DNA from: an uncultured archaeon
GTDB lineage: Archaea; Asgardarchaeota; Lokiarchaeia; Sigyniarchaeales; SOKP01
Direction: 5' to 3'
Assembly: GCA_964508365.1 (NCBI GenBank)
Contig: CAZDTP010000013.1
Location: 8,290-72,289 of the forward strand
DNA length: 64,000 nucleotides
The translations under genes were made by a program, and so were the position numbers. How positions within the stretch are numbered: position 1 is the first letter of the stretch; every line of letters begins with the position of its first letter. The notes under the pieces are model-generated. The model ran no database searches. It saw nothing but the letters and a program-made list of their open reading frames with translations, and was not told the origin of the DNA. Shown here one piece after another: positions 1 through 9,820 of this stretch.

Positions 1-1
1 A

Positions 2-490
2 GCAAAAACAGCACCTTCAATTCGGGACAAACACGGTATTGCTTTTAAGCTCACAGCAGTTAACCAAGACGACGAGTCCCAAGGCTTTAAAGTGATGCTT
101 GGTCTAGAGCAAGAATTAGATTACGAAAAAGGTCAAACTGGACCCGCGTATGAAGGTACAAAAGAAGATCTTGAACTTCTGAAAACTTTATCATTAGAAA
201 AAATACTTCTACTCCTCGAAAAAGCTGGAGTTCCTGAGGGATTGGAGCGAAAAATGGTTATCGTGAAAAATCAAATCTATGGATATCGAGAATATGATCG
301 AAATTACTTAGGCTCAGTAATTAAGGAAAAGCAACTTTTCCCTTTAAAAGAAGAAATTGAGGATGGAGCCTATTTGGCAGATAATTATATCCCTAGAATG
401 CTTTTTTCATATAATAATGTAGTTTTAATAGAATTATTAGAAAAAATCGAAATAGATGATAGTATACAAAAGAAATCATTGAAAGATTAG
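2..490 (+). CDS. Hypothetical protein, 5'-truncated by the window edge
   Basis: The frame of the 92..490 ORF is open back to base 2 (AKTAPSIRDKHGIAFK...), so the true start lies outside the window. No family recognised. Confidence 0.6.
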   Translation, partial: AKTAPSIRDKHGIAFKLTAVNQDDESQGFKVMLGLEQELDYEKGQTGPAYEGTKEDLELLKTLSLEKILLLLEKAGVPEGLERKMVIVKNQIYGYREYDRNYLGSVIKEKQLFPLKEEIEDGAYLADNYIPRMLFSYNNVVLIELLEKIEIDDSIQKKSLKD

Positions 491-721
491 ATGCTTGAAA
501 ATGAGTGCAAATAGGTCAAATCAAAACATTAGACACAGAACCTATATAAAAAAAAAACAAAGAAGACTTACGAGGAATTCATTAATAATAATAGCTATAT
601 TATTTCTTAGCGTTATTATAAGTATCGTCATAACAATTATCGCATTACCTTAATTTTGTTAGTAATTGTTACCTACATTCGTAGATTAATTAAATCACTC
701 TAAATTATTTTTTCTTGAAAA

Positions 722-1447
722 ATGAAAATAAAACGAATGGATTTTATATTCTTTATTATTTTAGGGATAATTACAATAATCTCTATAGATTTTATAATAA
801 ATGAACCTCATCGCGTTTTTATTGAAAATATTTCTAGTATCCCTCCATTTCAAGATCTCGCTTCAGGGTTATTAATAACATTTTTAGTGTGTTTAATTGG
901 GAATTTATTACCAATTCCCACCCCTTATACATTTGTGGTATGTTTTAGCTCGTTACCATTTCTTCAAACAAATCTTTTAATTCCCGTAATTGTAGCACTT
1001 ATAGCTAGTTTAGGAAGTTTAGTCGGAGAACTAGGAGGATATTTTGTTGGAAGAGGCGTTTCTGCATTTATTTCTGAGGAACAGAGTCAGAATTTGAAAA
1101 AATATCAAAAATTCTTAATTGAACATCCAAAAACTGCTCCTTTCATGATTTTTTTATTTGGTTTTACTCCCTTAAATGATGATTTCATAATAATACCTCT
1201 AGGAATTATTAAATATAGTTTATTAAAGACAATTTTTTGGTGTTGGTTGGGCAAGTTGAGTTTGATGTTAGTATTTTCGTATAATATTATAAACATTTGC
1301 AGTCTTCTAGGAGGGGAAAATTGGATTTTAAGTATTATTTCAATGTATTTGATTACGATTATACTATATATAATTATAAAAATAGACTTGTTAGAATCTT
1401 ATAACAAGCTCATAGAGAATTTTTGTAAAAAAAGGGAAAAAAGCTAA
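722..1447 (+). CDS. DedA/VTT (SNARE-associated Golgi protein) family membrane protein
   Basis: Hydrophobic helices; SLGSLVGELGGYFVGRG and FGFTPLNDDFIIIPLGIIKY match the DedA pattern. Confidence 0.75.
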   Translation: MKIKRMDFIFFIILGIITIISIDFIINEPHRVFIENISSIPPFQDLASGLLITFLVCLIGNLLPIPTPYTFVVCFSSLPFLQTNLLIPVIVALIASLGSLVGELGGYFVGRGVSAFISEEQSQNLKKYQKFLIEHPKTAPFMIFLFGFTPLNDDFIIIPLGIIKYSLLKTIFWCWLGKLSLMLVFSYNIINICSLLGGENWILSIISMYLITIILYIIIKIDLLESYNKLIENFCKKREKS

Positions 1448-1476
1448 TTTCTCCATTTAATAATATTTTGAATGAT

Positions 1477-3003
1477 TTATTTTTCTTCTTTAATTTCTAT
1501 ACCATCAGTTAAAGTAACGCTATCAACCATTAATCCTTCTGCTTTTCGGTAATCGTCAAAAGTTCTAGCTTCAACTTTTTTCATGTATTTCAGGAGCTCA
1601 TCTTCCACGTTTTTCTCTAATTCGGTAGGGTTGTGTGCTTCAAGAATTTTATCGACTTTTTCTCTGGCTCTTTCAATAATATTTTTTGCTCCCTTCTTCT
1701 GCCATGTTGAACGCCTGGACCTATCAGCCAATCGTGGCATGTACAATTCTGACTTCATGTGTTTTCGAGTGTGTGGTTCAGCAAGAAAGTTAACACCTTT
1801 TTTATCACTCGTAGCGACTTTTTTGATTACATCTATTGCTATCGTATCATCGTTCACTTTTATTCCTTCCATTGCTCTTTTTACCATACCAACTAAGTCA
1901 TCATCAATAACTAAAAGCTCTAAAGCTTCAACTAAAGTTGCTTCGTAAGTACCTGCGCAAGTTATATAGTTTACTCCAGCTTGAGCAGCGAGCATTAATG
2001 TTTGAAATCGTTCATACCCATTTTGTAAATCCAATAATTTAGAATCAGTCCCAGCTCCAGGACCCCGGGATGGGATGTTGTAAAATCGCGCTAATTGCGC
2101 AATTCCAGCTGTAATCAAGCCCATTTCTACAGAACCCATAGCTGAATTCCCTGAACGCATATCTGTAACGTGAGAAACAGTACCAAAAAAAACTGGCGCC
2201 CCTAGATTAAAAATTTGAGATACGACAGCACTACCTACAATTTCAGCGTTTGTTTGTGTTAATAAGCCCGCTAAAGTTACCGGTGCTGAGGCTCCTGCTA
2301 ATGCTTCTGGTGCTATGATTGTTGGTTGTTTGTACTTTGTAAATATCGCAAATCCATTTGTCATGATTTGAGGCAAGTGAAGAGGGCTGGTAGGATTCAT
2401 AAAACCTACGAATCTTGGTTTTTCGACTAACTCCTCTTCCCCGCCCACGATAATTGAAGCCATATTCATCATATCCTGCGAAGCTAATCTCCCTAAGCAT
2501 CCCAAACCATACGGTTTTTTTGTATTCTTAACCCATTGGTATATACATTGAGAATGAATAGTTATGTAAGACACATCATTAGGCCACACATCAACGTGGG
2601 AGCACATGATGTTTTCTAAACTATCAACAATTTTAATTTGTTCAATAGTATCTGTTAAAACTGTTTTCCTGACTCCTTTTTTATTCGTTGGGTCATATAT
2701 TTTTACGGGTGTTCCGATAGTTGCGAATTGAGTGCTATTTGTATTAACTTCGAACGAGAAAGAACCGTCAGGACCATGTAGTTTAAATGAATCTGGAACT
2801 GTTTTTAGTTGTTCTTTTACTAGCGATTCAGGGAATTTAACAAAGTGAGATGAGTCATCTACCATCGCTCCTTTTTCTTTTAAGATATCTCTTGTATCTT
2901 GAGCATCTACTTTTATACCTACTTCCGATAACAAAGTCATAGACGCAGAATGAATAGCTTCAAGTTCGTCCTTCGAAAACACTTCGATTTTTTTTAATTT
3001 CAT
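1477..3003 (-). CDS. Trimethylamine methyltransferase (MttB) family protein, non-pyrrolysine type
   Basis: 508 aa; NPTSPL, GASAPVTLAG, TDSKLLDLQNGYE and LVIDDD motifs; no internal stop; adjacent corrinoid protein. Confidence 0.9.
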   Translation of the reverse strand: MKLKKIEVFSKDELEAIHSASMTLLSEVGIKVDAQDTRDILKEKGAMVDDSSHFVKFPESLVKEQLKTVPDSFKLHGPDGSFSFEVNTNSTQFATIGTPVKIYDPTNKKGVRKTVLTDTIEQIKIVDSLENIMCSHVDVWPNDVSYITIHSQCIYQWVKNTKKPYGLGCLGRLASQDMMNMASIIVGGEEELVEKPRFVGFMNPTSPLHLPQIMTNGFAIFTKYKQPTIIAPEALAGASAPVTLAGLLTQTNAEIVGSAVVSQIFNLGAPVFFGTVSHVTDMRSGNSAMGSVEMGLITAGIAQLARFYNIPSRGPGAGTDSKLLDLQNGYERFQTLMLAAQAGVNYITCAGTYEATLVEALELLVIDDDLVGMVKRAMEGIKVNDDTIAIDVIKKVATSDKKGVNFLAEPHTRKHMKSELYMPRLADRSRRSTWQKKGAKNIIERAREKVDKILEAHNPTELEKNVEDELLKYMKKVEARTFDDYRKAEGLMVDSVTLTDGIEIKEEK

Positions 3004-3010
3004 TTAATAT

Positions 3011-3015
3011 TCACC
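3011..3015 (-). promoter_or_regulatory. Shine-Dalgarno GGTGA for the 1477..3003 gene
   Basis: Minus strand reads GGTGA-ATATTAA-ATG, a 7-nt spacing. Confidence 0.55.
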
Positions 3016-3020
3016 ATTAT

Positions 3021-3677
3021 TTACATTAGACGTTTTAATAATTCTACAGCTTCAATCGCATCATCAGCCCATCCATCAGCGCCAATTTTTTTGGCCCAAT
3101 CCTCCGAAGTAGGAGATCCACCAACGATAACTTTATATTTATCTCTTAACCCTCTCTTCTTAAGCTCTTCTATAACTTGTTTCTGAAAGTCCATAGACAT
3201 TGTTAAAAGAGATGATAATCCGATAATATCCGCACCTACTTCTTCTGCTTTTGATATGAATTGATCAGCTGTAACCTCGACTCCTAGGTTATATACTTCA
3301 AATCCATTCGAAAATAAAAAAGATCCGACCAAATCCTTTCCAATACTATGCACATCACTTTCTACAGTTCCTATAACAACTTTTCCCATCGTCTCCTTTT
3401 CCTCTCCAGTAGCTCTAATTGCAGGATCTAAAACTTCATCTATCACCACCTTTACAGTTTCAGCAGAGCCAATGAGTTCTGGAAGAAATATTTCTTCCTG
3501 TTCGAATTGATCTCCCACAAATTTCATAATATCTCCTATAATTTTTAATAAATTAGGAGCCGTTGCTTCGTTATTTTTTAGGATTAATTGACAATATTCT
3601 TTCAATCTCTCTGTCTCCCATTCGATGACGAGTTCTTTTATTTTATCTTTAATAGACACTTTCTCTACAACTTGCAA
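3021..3677 (-). CDS. Corrinoid (B12-binding) methyl-acceptor protein, MttC/MtbC-like
   Basis: N-terminal cap (EIFLPELI) plus B12-binding DVHSIGK, GLSSLLT and VIVGG motifs. Confidence 0.92.
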   Translation of the reverse strand: MQVVEKVSIKDKIKELVIEWETERLKEYCQLILKNNEATAPNLLKIIGDIMKFVGDQFEQEEIFLPELIGSAETVKVVIDEVLDPAIRATGEEKETMGKVVIGTVESDVHSIGKDLVGSFLFSNGFEVYNLGVEVTADQFISKAEEVGADIIGLSSLLTMSMDFQKQVIEELKKRGLRDKYKVIVGGSPTSEDWAKKIGADGWADDAIEAVELLKRLM

Positions 3678-3786
3678 ATTATAATTTTTGTATTATGATA
3701 TAATCATTTGGAAAAAAAGTTTTTCATAAATCATTGGTTTATTATAATAAAATGTTCACCATCTTTAATTTCGGGAATGTAATAAT

Positions 3787-5295
3787 ATGAAGTTAAGTAA
3801 GCTTGAAGTTTTGGAAAAAGAAGAAGTTGAACTCTTCCATGAGAAGACTCTTTATTTATTAGAAAATGTTGGCATTAAGGTCGAATCTGAAGAAGCTCGT
3901 GATCTATTGAAAGATAATGGAGCAGTTGTGGATGAAACTTCTGAAGTCGTAAAGTTTCCTGAGGAGTTAATTATGGAACAACTTAAACTTGTTCCGGACA
4001 ACTTTAGATTGTGGGGTTCTGATGGATCATTCAATTTTGAAGTGAACACAAAAACCACGAATTTTGCTACCGTTGGAACTCCTGTAAAGATTTATGACCC
4101 AACGAATAAAAAAGGCGTTCGTAAAACTGTTTTAGACGATACTATTAAGCAAATTCGAATTGTAGACACTCTAAAAAATATTGTGTGTTCACATGTTGAT
4201 GTGTGGCCAAATGATATTCCCTATTTAGAGCTACACTATCACACGATTAAAGCGTGGGCTACTCACAGCACGAAACCTTACGGTTTGGGATGTTTGGGTC
4301 GAGTAGCCTCCCATGATATGATGAACCTTACCTCTATTATTGTAGGAGGAGAAGAGGAATTAATTAATAAACCCCGTTTAATAGGGTTTTTTAATCCGGT
4401 AAGTCCTTTAATCTTAAATAAGCTCCAACTTAATGGCTTATTTGAATTTGCAAAATATAAACAACCAACAATTATAGCACCAGCTGCGAGTGCGGGGGCT
4501 ACAGCTCCAGTTACGCTAGCAGGGTTACTTATTCAGTCTAATATGGAAACTCTTTCCTCTATCGTTCTAACTCAACTTATTAATCCGGGGTGTCCAGTGT
4601 TCTATTCGACTATGAACGCCCCGATGGACCCTCCAACGGGAAATGTTGCGTGGGGATCAATTGAAACAGGACTAATCACTATTGGTGCAGCTCAACTAGC
4701 GCGGTTTTACAACATCCCATCTCGGGGTCCTGGTTTAGTTACTGAGTCGAAATGTTTTGATCTACAAAATGGGTTTGAACGGTTTATGACGCTGTTTTGT
4801 TCAGCAAACGCCGGGATTAACTATATAACTTGTGCTGGAACTTATGAATCTTCGCTCGCAGAAGCGTTAGAATTATTAGTTATTGACGATGAGTTGATAG
4901 ATGTTATAAAAAGAGGATTTGACGGCATAAGAGTTGATGAAGAGAGTATTGCTGTGAAAGAAATAACTAGAGTAGCCACTGAGGGGAAGAACTATTTAAT
5001 GTTAAAACACACCGCAAAAAACACTCGAAAGGAGATATATGTCCCAAAATTAGCGGATCGAGATCGTCGAGGTATCTGGCAGAAAAATGGTTCAAAGGAT
5101 ATAATAGATAGGGCAAAAGAAAAGGTTGATTCCATACTCGAAACGCAGAAAGGGCCAGGTATATCTAAGGAAATAAATGACAAGTTACAAAATTACTATA
5201 AGATAATATCTGCGCGCAGTTACGATGATTTTCGTAAAGCTGAAGGAATGAATGGAGCTACTGCCCCAAAAATAATTAATGGATTGGAGGAATGA
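3787..5295 (+). CDS. Second MttB-family methyltransferase, non-pyrrolysine type
   Basis: 502 aa close paralog of 1477..3003 (e.g. NYITCAGTYE, ALELLVIDD); no internal stop. Confidence 0.9.
   Translation: MKLSKLEVLEKEEVELFHEKTLYLLENVGIKVESEEARDLLKDNGAVVDETSEVVKFPEELIMEQLKLVPDNFRLWGSDGSFNFEVNTKTTNFATVGTPVKIYDPTNKKGVRKTVLDDTIKQIRIVDTLKNIVCSHVDVWPNDIPYLELHYHTIKAWATHSTKPYGLGCLGRVASHDMMNLTSIIVGGEEELINKPRLIGFFNPVSPLILNKLQLNGLFEFAKYKQPTIIAPAASAGATAPVTLAGLLIQSNMETLSSIVLTQLINPGCPVFYSTMNAPMDPPTGNVAWGSIETGLITIGAAQLARFYNIPSRGPGLVTESKCFDLQNGFERFMTLFCSANAGINYITCAGTYESSLAEALELLVIDDELIDVIKRGFDGIRVDEESIAVKEITRVATEGKNYLMLKHTAKNTRKEIYVPKLADRDRRGIWQKNGSKDIIDRAKEKVDSILETQKGPGISKEINDKLQNYYKIISARSYDDFRKAEGMNGATAPKIINGLEE
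5286..5290 (+). promoter_or_regulatory. Shine-Dalgarno GGAGG for the 5299 gene
   Basis: GGAGG 8 nt upstream of ATG 5299, inside the end of the upstream gene; implies co-transcription. Confidence 0.5.
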
Positions 5296-5298
5296 ATA

Positions 5299-6582
5299 AT
5301 GAATGACGAGAATAGACAAAAAACAATGGATCAAAAAAATAAAGAATTACGAGAAAAATGGGATAAATTACATTTTGATTCTCAACAGGGAAGAGCTGGT
5401 GAAGACCCATACCCTACTGCATCTGGAAGCTTAAGAATCCCATTATATGCAACAAAATCATATGCGTATTCTTCGTTAACAGAATTATTAAAGAATCATT
5501 ACTATTACTCGAGGACAGAAAATCCAACATTATATGCTTTAGATCAGAAGCTTGCTACTCTTCACGGTGGAGAATCAGCAGTGTCTGTAGCCTCAGGTAT
5601 GGCTGCAGTACATTTAGCATGCTCAAGTGTATTGCAACAACGCGTAGAGAGAGCTAGACCAAAAAAATTAAAAGCTTTATTACCTCAAACCAATCCCGAT
5701 TGCATTCCAAATGTAATTATTCATAATAATCAATACACAGGAGTGTATCGATTGTTGACAAAAATCTATCCACAAATCGGAGTAATGACTAAAATTGTTG
5801 ATCTAAGAGATCTAACAGAATTAAAAAACGCTATTGATGAAAATACAAAATTAATTTTTGTAGAAACTCCCTCTAATCCAAATTTAGATGTATTAGACAT
5901 TCAAAGATGCGCTGATCTAATTCACGAAGTAAATGGAAAATGTATCGTTGATAATACATTTGCGTCTCCAGCGTTACAAAAACCATTGAATTTCGGAGCT
6001 GATTTAGTAGTAGAAAGTTTAACGAAATATGTCAATGGACACGGCGATACGTTAGGTGGTGTGATCATCGGTCCAAAAATAGAATTGCAAAATATTAGAT
6101 ATTTTTGGTTAGAAACGCAAGGAGCAGTGATGAATCCCTTTAGTGCTTGGCTTATCTTAAGGGGTTGTAGAACGCTTAGTTTAAGGATGGAGCGTCATTG
6201 TTCAAACGCATTAAAAATAGCCAATTATTTAAAATCACATCCAAAAGTAGCAAAAGTGATATATCCCGGTTTAAAATCTCACCCAAACCATGAAGTTGCT
6301 AAAAAGCAAATGAAAGCATTCGGAGGTATGATTGGTTTCGAATTGAAGTCAGTAGAGAGCTGTTACAAATTCATAGATTTATTAAAACTAATTAAGGTTG
6401 GTGTTTCCCTCGGAGATACTACATCTTTAATTGAATATACATCAGTTATGACTGGAATCGATCTCGCTTCGTGGGAAAAACGGAGAATGAACATATCAGA
6501 CACACATTTCCGATTTTCAATAGGTTTAGAATATCCTGATGACTTAATTAATGATTTAGAACAAGCATTAAAAAAAATATAA
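5299..6582 (+). CDS. Cys/Met metabolism PLP-dependent enzyme (cystathionine gamma-synthase/lyase, methionine gamma-lyase family)
   Basis: YSRTENPT, SGMAA, ETPSNP, DNTFASP, PLP-lysine motif SLTKYVNGHGD, VSLGD. Confidence 0.9.
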   Translation: MNDENRQKTMDQKNKELREKWDKLHFDSQQGRAGEDPYPTASGSLRIPLYATKSYAYSSLTELLKNHYYYSRTENPTLYALDQKLATLHGGESAVSVASGMAAVHLACSSVLQQRVERARPKKLKALLPQTNPDCIPNVIIHNNQYTGVYRLLTKIYPQIGVMTKIVDLRDLTELKNAIDENTKLIFVETPSNPNLDVLDIQRCADLIHEVNGKCIVDNTFASPALQKPLNFGADLVVESLTKYVNGHGDTLGGVIIGPKIELQNIRYFWLETQGAVMNPFSAWLILRGCRTLSLRMERHCSNALKIANYLKSHPKVAKVIYPGLKSHPNHEVAKKQMKAFGGMIGFELKSVESCYKFIDLLKLIKVGVSLGDTTSLIEYTSVMTGIDLASWEKRRMNISDTHFRFSIGLEYPDDLINDLEQALKKI

Positions 6583-6597
6583 AAAAAAAGAAATAAA
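6583..6597 (-). terminator. Possible U-tract terminator for the MFS gene
   Basis: A-run on the + strand (oligo-U on -) between convergent stop codons. Confidence 0.3.
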
Positions 6598-7974
6598 TTA
6601 AGAAGACCTTACTTTCTCCATTTTATCTTTATGTAATTCGGCAAGTTTTTCTTTCATTTCTAATACTTTCTTCTTTGAGAAGGGATAGAAATATAGACAA
6701 ACTAAGGAAATTCCTAAAGCAATTGCAGGTATAATTACAAATAAAAATCTTAATCCAAATATCACATCAACTCCCGGATTTGGAACATATTCTTCCCAAC
6801 CAGTTTCAGTGAAGACAAGACTTATAGTTGTAATTGAAAGAACCATTGAAAGTCGCATAAAGAAATTAGCAATACCAAAAAAACTTCCCTCTCTTCTGAC
6901 ACCTGTTTTTAACTCGTCGTCGTCGACGCAATCTGCAACGATGTACCAGATAAAGTATAACATTCCTCCAAAACCGATCCCCATTAATATTACTACTATA
7001 ATTGCAGGCATATACGAAGATATAAAGAGCATAGGGATGGTTGCTATCACATAGGCGATTATCGAGAGTCCATATCCTAGTCTTCCCCCTATTTTAACAT
7101 CTATTTTTTTCCATAGAAACATTGACACAATCCCAACGATATACAATAATCCCATGAGGATTGAAGTTTCGAATGCTGAAGTAGTTCCAAGGACTTCTGC
7201 AGAGAAAAGTGGAACGATAGTAGCGAGCAACAATAGGATATACTCATATAGGAAGAACATTATAATGTAGAGCACGAATCCTTTGTTTTTAAAGGTGTGT
7301 TTTAAAGATTGGAAGTAACTAAACCCTTGTTGGTAGTCTAATTTAAATTCTTCTCTTTCTACTGCACCCCATTTAAGGAAGACTAACAGTGCTACTCCAA
7401 CGATTATAGCAGTAACAATCCCGTTCATCAAATACCCATCTCTAGTGGTCTGATCTCCGATAAAAATACCTGGAACGAGTGCTGCTAAAATTAAACCGAT
7501 AGCCGCTAAGATTTGCCGTATTGTGTTAACTTGGGTTCTTTCTTCAACTGTAGTATACAATTCTGGAAATAAGGAATCGGTAGGAAGTGCAATAAGAGTA
7601 TAAGCAGTATCGTATATTAATAACATAATCAGTAAATAGAAGAATTGTGCCATTTCACCACTAAAAGGTGGTAGCCAGATTAAAATCTCTAAAACTAAAA
7701 CGGGGATTAGCCCGACCATAATATAGATTCTTCTTCGACCCCATCTAGAATGCGTTCTGTCGGAAAGGTATCCTATTAATGGATCATTAACTGCATTCCA
7801 AATTGTCCAAATAATGAACGCTCCTCTAATCAAGTTCACATCTAACTTTACTGCAGCAAAATAAAAAGTAAATACCCACAGGTTAAAAGCACTGTTTATA
7901 AACCATTCTACGCCATTTCCTAAAGAAAAACTCCATTTTTGACCTTTACTAAATCGTGTACTCATTTGAAACAA
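6598..7974 (-). CDS. MFS transporter, glycoside-pentoside-hexuronide (MelB-like) family
   Basis: ~12 TM; NAVNDPLIGYLSDRTHSRWGRR, ADCVDDDE and RREGSFFG motifs. Confidence 0.88.
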   Translation of the reverse strand: MFQMSTRFSKGQKWSFSLGNGVEWFINSAFNLWVFTFYFAAVKLDVNLIRGAFIIWTIWNAVNDPLIGYLSDRTHSRWGRRRIYIMVGLIPVLVLEILIWLPPFSGEMAQFFYLLIMLLIYDTAYTLIALPTDSLFPELYTTVEERTQVNTIRQILAAIGLILAALVPGIFIGDQTTRDGYLMNGIVTAIIVGVALLVFLKWGAVEREEFKLDYQQGFSYFQSLKHTFKNKGFVLYIIMFFLYEYILLLLATIVPLFSAEVLGTTSAFETSILMGLLYIVGIVSMFLWKKIDVKIGGRLGYGLSIIAYVIATIPMLFISSYMPAIIVVILMGIGFGGMLYFIWYIVADCVDDDELKTGVRREGSFFGIANFFMRLSMVLSITTISLVFTETGWEEYVPNPGVDVIFGLRFLFVIIPAIALGISLVCLYFYPFSKKKVLEMKEKLAELHKDKMEKVRSS

Positions 7975-8090
7975 CCTTTTTTAAAATTAAAATTAATGGT
8001 GAATTAAATTTTCAGTACTATTTTAAATTGATTATAATACTCACTAAAAAGAGTTATTTGTGGATCGGCAAAACTCTGTATGGTTAATAG

Positions 8091-8303
8091 TTACGCTCGA
8101 GAATATTTCTCTATGATGTAGTTTTGTAAAGACCAAGCATATTTTTCAAGATTTAAGAGTAACACTTTTTGTTGAATTTCTCTTAAATACGGCACATCTA
8201 AATTCTCAAATAAATGTTCTAAATGTTCAATAGTATCAAAAATATTTACGATTGTTTTCCAATCTCTTTCCCATTCCTTATCTTTTAGTTCTAATTGATT
8301 CAT
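8091..8303 (-). CDS. Small helical hypothetical protein
   Basis: 70 aa with ATG start, fills an intergenic gap, amphipathic composition. Confidence 0.6.
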   Translation of the reverse strand: MNQLELKDKEWERDWKTIVNIFDTIEHLEHLFENLDVPYLREIQQKVLLLNLEKYAWSLQNYIIEKYSRA

Positions 8304-8418
8304 TATAGGAGATAATAAATTTATAATTATTATTATGATTTCTTTATCAATTCAATAGGAACTTAGATATAAAAATGTTTAGATATATCCAAATTAGTAA
8401 TTTAATTATTAATATCGA

Positions 8419-9567
8419 TTAGGTATACAATTGAAAATGTTTTTCGACTAGTTCTTTTACATCGATAAATTCAGAAATATTGATTAAACGATTTAAATCT
8501 TGGATATCTAATAGTATATTTTTGTATTTACTATTGAAGTCGTTCGAGAAATTTAACATAAGGTCTTCTATAATATCATTTTTTTGATTAGTGATAACCA
8601 CTAAAGCATATCCGTAGTCATTTTCATACCTAACAACGATATCTGCTTTCTTTGTTTGGATCACATCGATTTTATCAGTTTTATCGATGAACTCGTTAAG
8701 TATATGGTTTAATCCTATAATAATGGTGCCCCATCTTGCTGACTTGATTTTGTAATCTGTTGCATTATCAAAATTATATGAATAAAGCACGATCCCAGAT
8801 TTATGGTAAATATTTACTGAATAAATTCTGTTTGGTAAAATGAAAAGCATCTCTGGTTTCTTAATAAGCATTATGTCAACAGCAAAAGATGAGATCCACC
8901 ATATTATAATATACATTTCTCTATAAAGAGTTTCTTGAAGTGATATATAAAGCAACAGCATCATTATCGAAATAGAAATAAGCAGTGTATTTAACAAGAA
9001 CGGTGAGCTTTGCTCTTTACTTTTTGTTTTGTCGTGAATTATAGCCGCGCTATAGAGAAAATAAATCGTAATAAACAATTCGAATAGAATCGCTACAATA
9101 CTGGTGACTAAATTAAATTTGAAATTTATGTTAGAAGGATTCATTATTGAAAACATGGGTGGAGGTGGACCATATAATGTTAATGTTATTGAATCAGGAG
9201 TTGCCAAAGCGCCAATTAATAGCCCAAACAGAAGAGTAAAATAAATGAAAGGAAATAGTTTATTTTTTTTATATTCATTAAAAAAAGAATAAGTTATGGA
9301 AGTAAATAATAAGGTTATAAAACCAATTACTAATGATGTTTTCCACATTAGGATATTAATATCATAAGATATAAATATAACTATTGAAAACATAAAAAAT
9401 GTAGAGAATAAAATTCCTGCTATAAATGTATTTGCGATATTTAAGAATGCCATTAAATCTGTACCATATTTATTACGATGTCGAAAAATTTGAATTAAGG
9501 TATTAGTGCTTAAGATTAAGATGAGGATATAACCAATTATTAAAGAAGTTGAGATCGTATAATTCAT
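8419..9567 (-). CDS. ~7-TM membrane protein with C-terminal longin-like domain
   Basis: About seven hydrophobic segments in residues ~1-235, then a soluble domain starting IYSVNIYHKSGIVLYSYNF and ending FSNDFNSKY...LVEKHF (longin-like pattern). Confidence 0.65.
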   Translation of the reverse strand: MNYTISTSLIIGYILILILSTNTLIQIFRHRNKYGTDLMAFLNIANTFIAGILFSTFFMFSIVIFISYDINILMWKTSLVIGFITLLFTSITYSFFNEYKKNKLFPFIYFTLLFGLLIGALATPDSITLTLYGPPPPMFSIMNPSNINFKFNLVTSIVAILFELFITIYFLYSAAIIHDKTKSKEQSSPFLLNTLLISISIMMLLLYISLQETLYREMYIIIWWISSFAVDIMLIKKPEMLFILPNRIYSVNIYHKSGIVLYSYNFDNATDYKIKSARWGTIIIGLNHILNEFIDKTDKIDVIQTKKADIVVRYENDYGYALVVITNQKNDIIEDLMLNFSNDFNSKYKNILLDIQDLNRLINISEFIDVKELVEKHFQLYT

Positions 9568-9820
9568 ATTGTAATGTGTAAAAAATATCTTCTAATTAAC
9601 TTATTGAAATACGAAAATCTATGAGATTTCGAAGGGCATAAAATAAAAATATACCTAATTAAATAAAGAAGAAACATTCATTTTTAAGAATTACTCAAGA
9701 ACCATTCAAAGAAGAGATAAAAAAGAATAGTAAATATTTTTATAATAAAATAGTCTTTTAACACATTCAAAGTGCTATTCCTATATATTTTTCAACTCTG
9801 CTATATATTAGTTAGAATAT

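Noticed and set aside
1477-5295. Pyrrolysine-dependent trimethylamine methyltransferases
   Set aside because: Both ORFs are full length with no in-frame TAG.
5631-5710. The ~20-codon insertion in the PLP enzyme as a second intron
   Set aside because: No stop codon, no convincing stem and no BHB geometry; best read as a protein loop.
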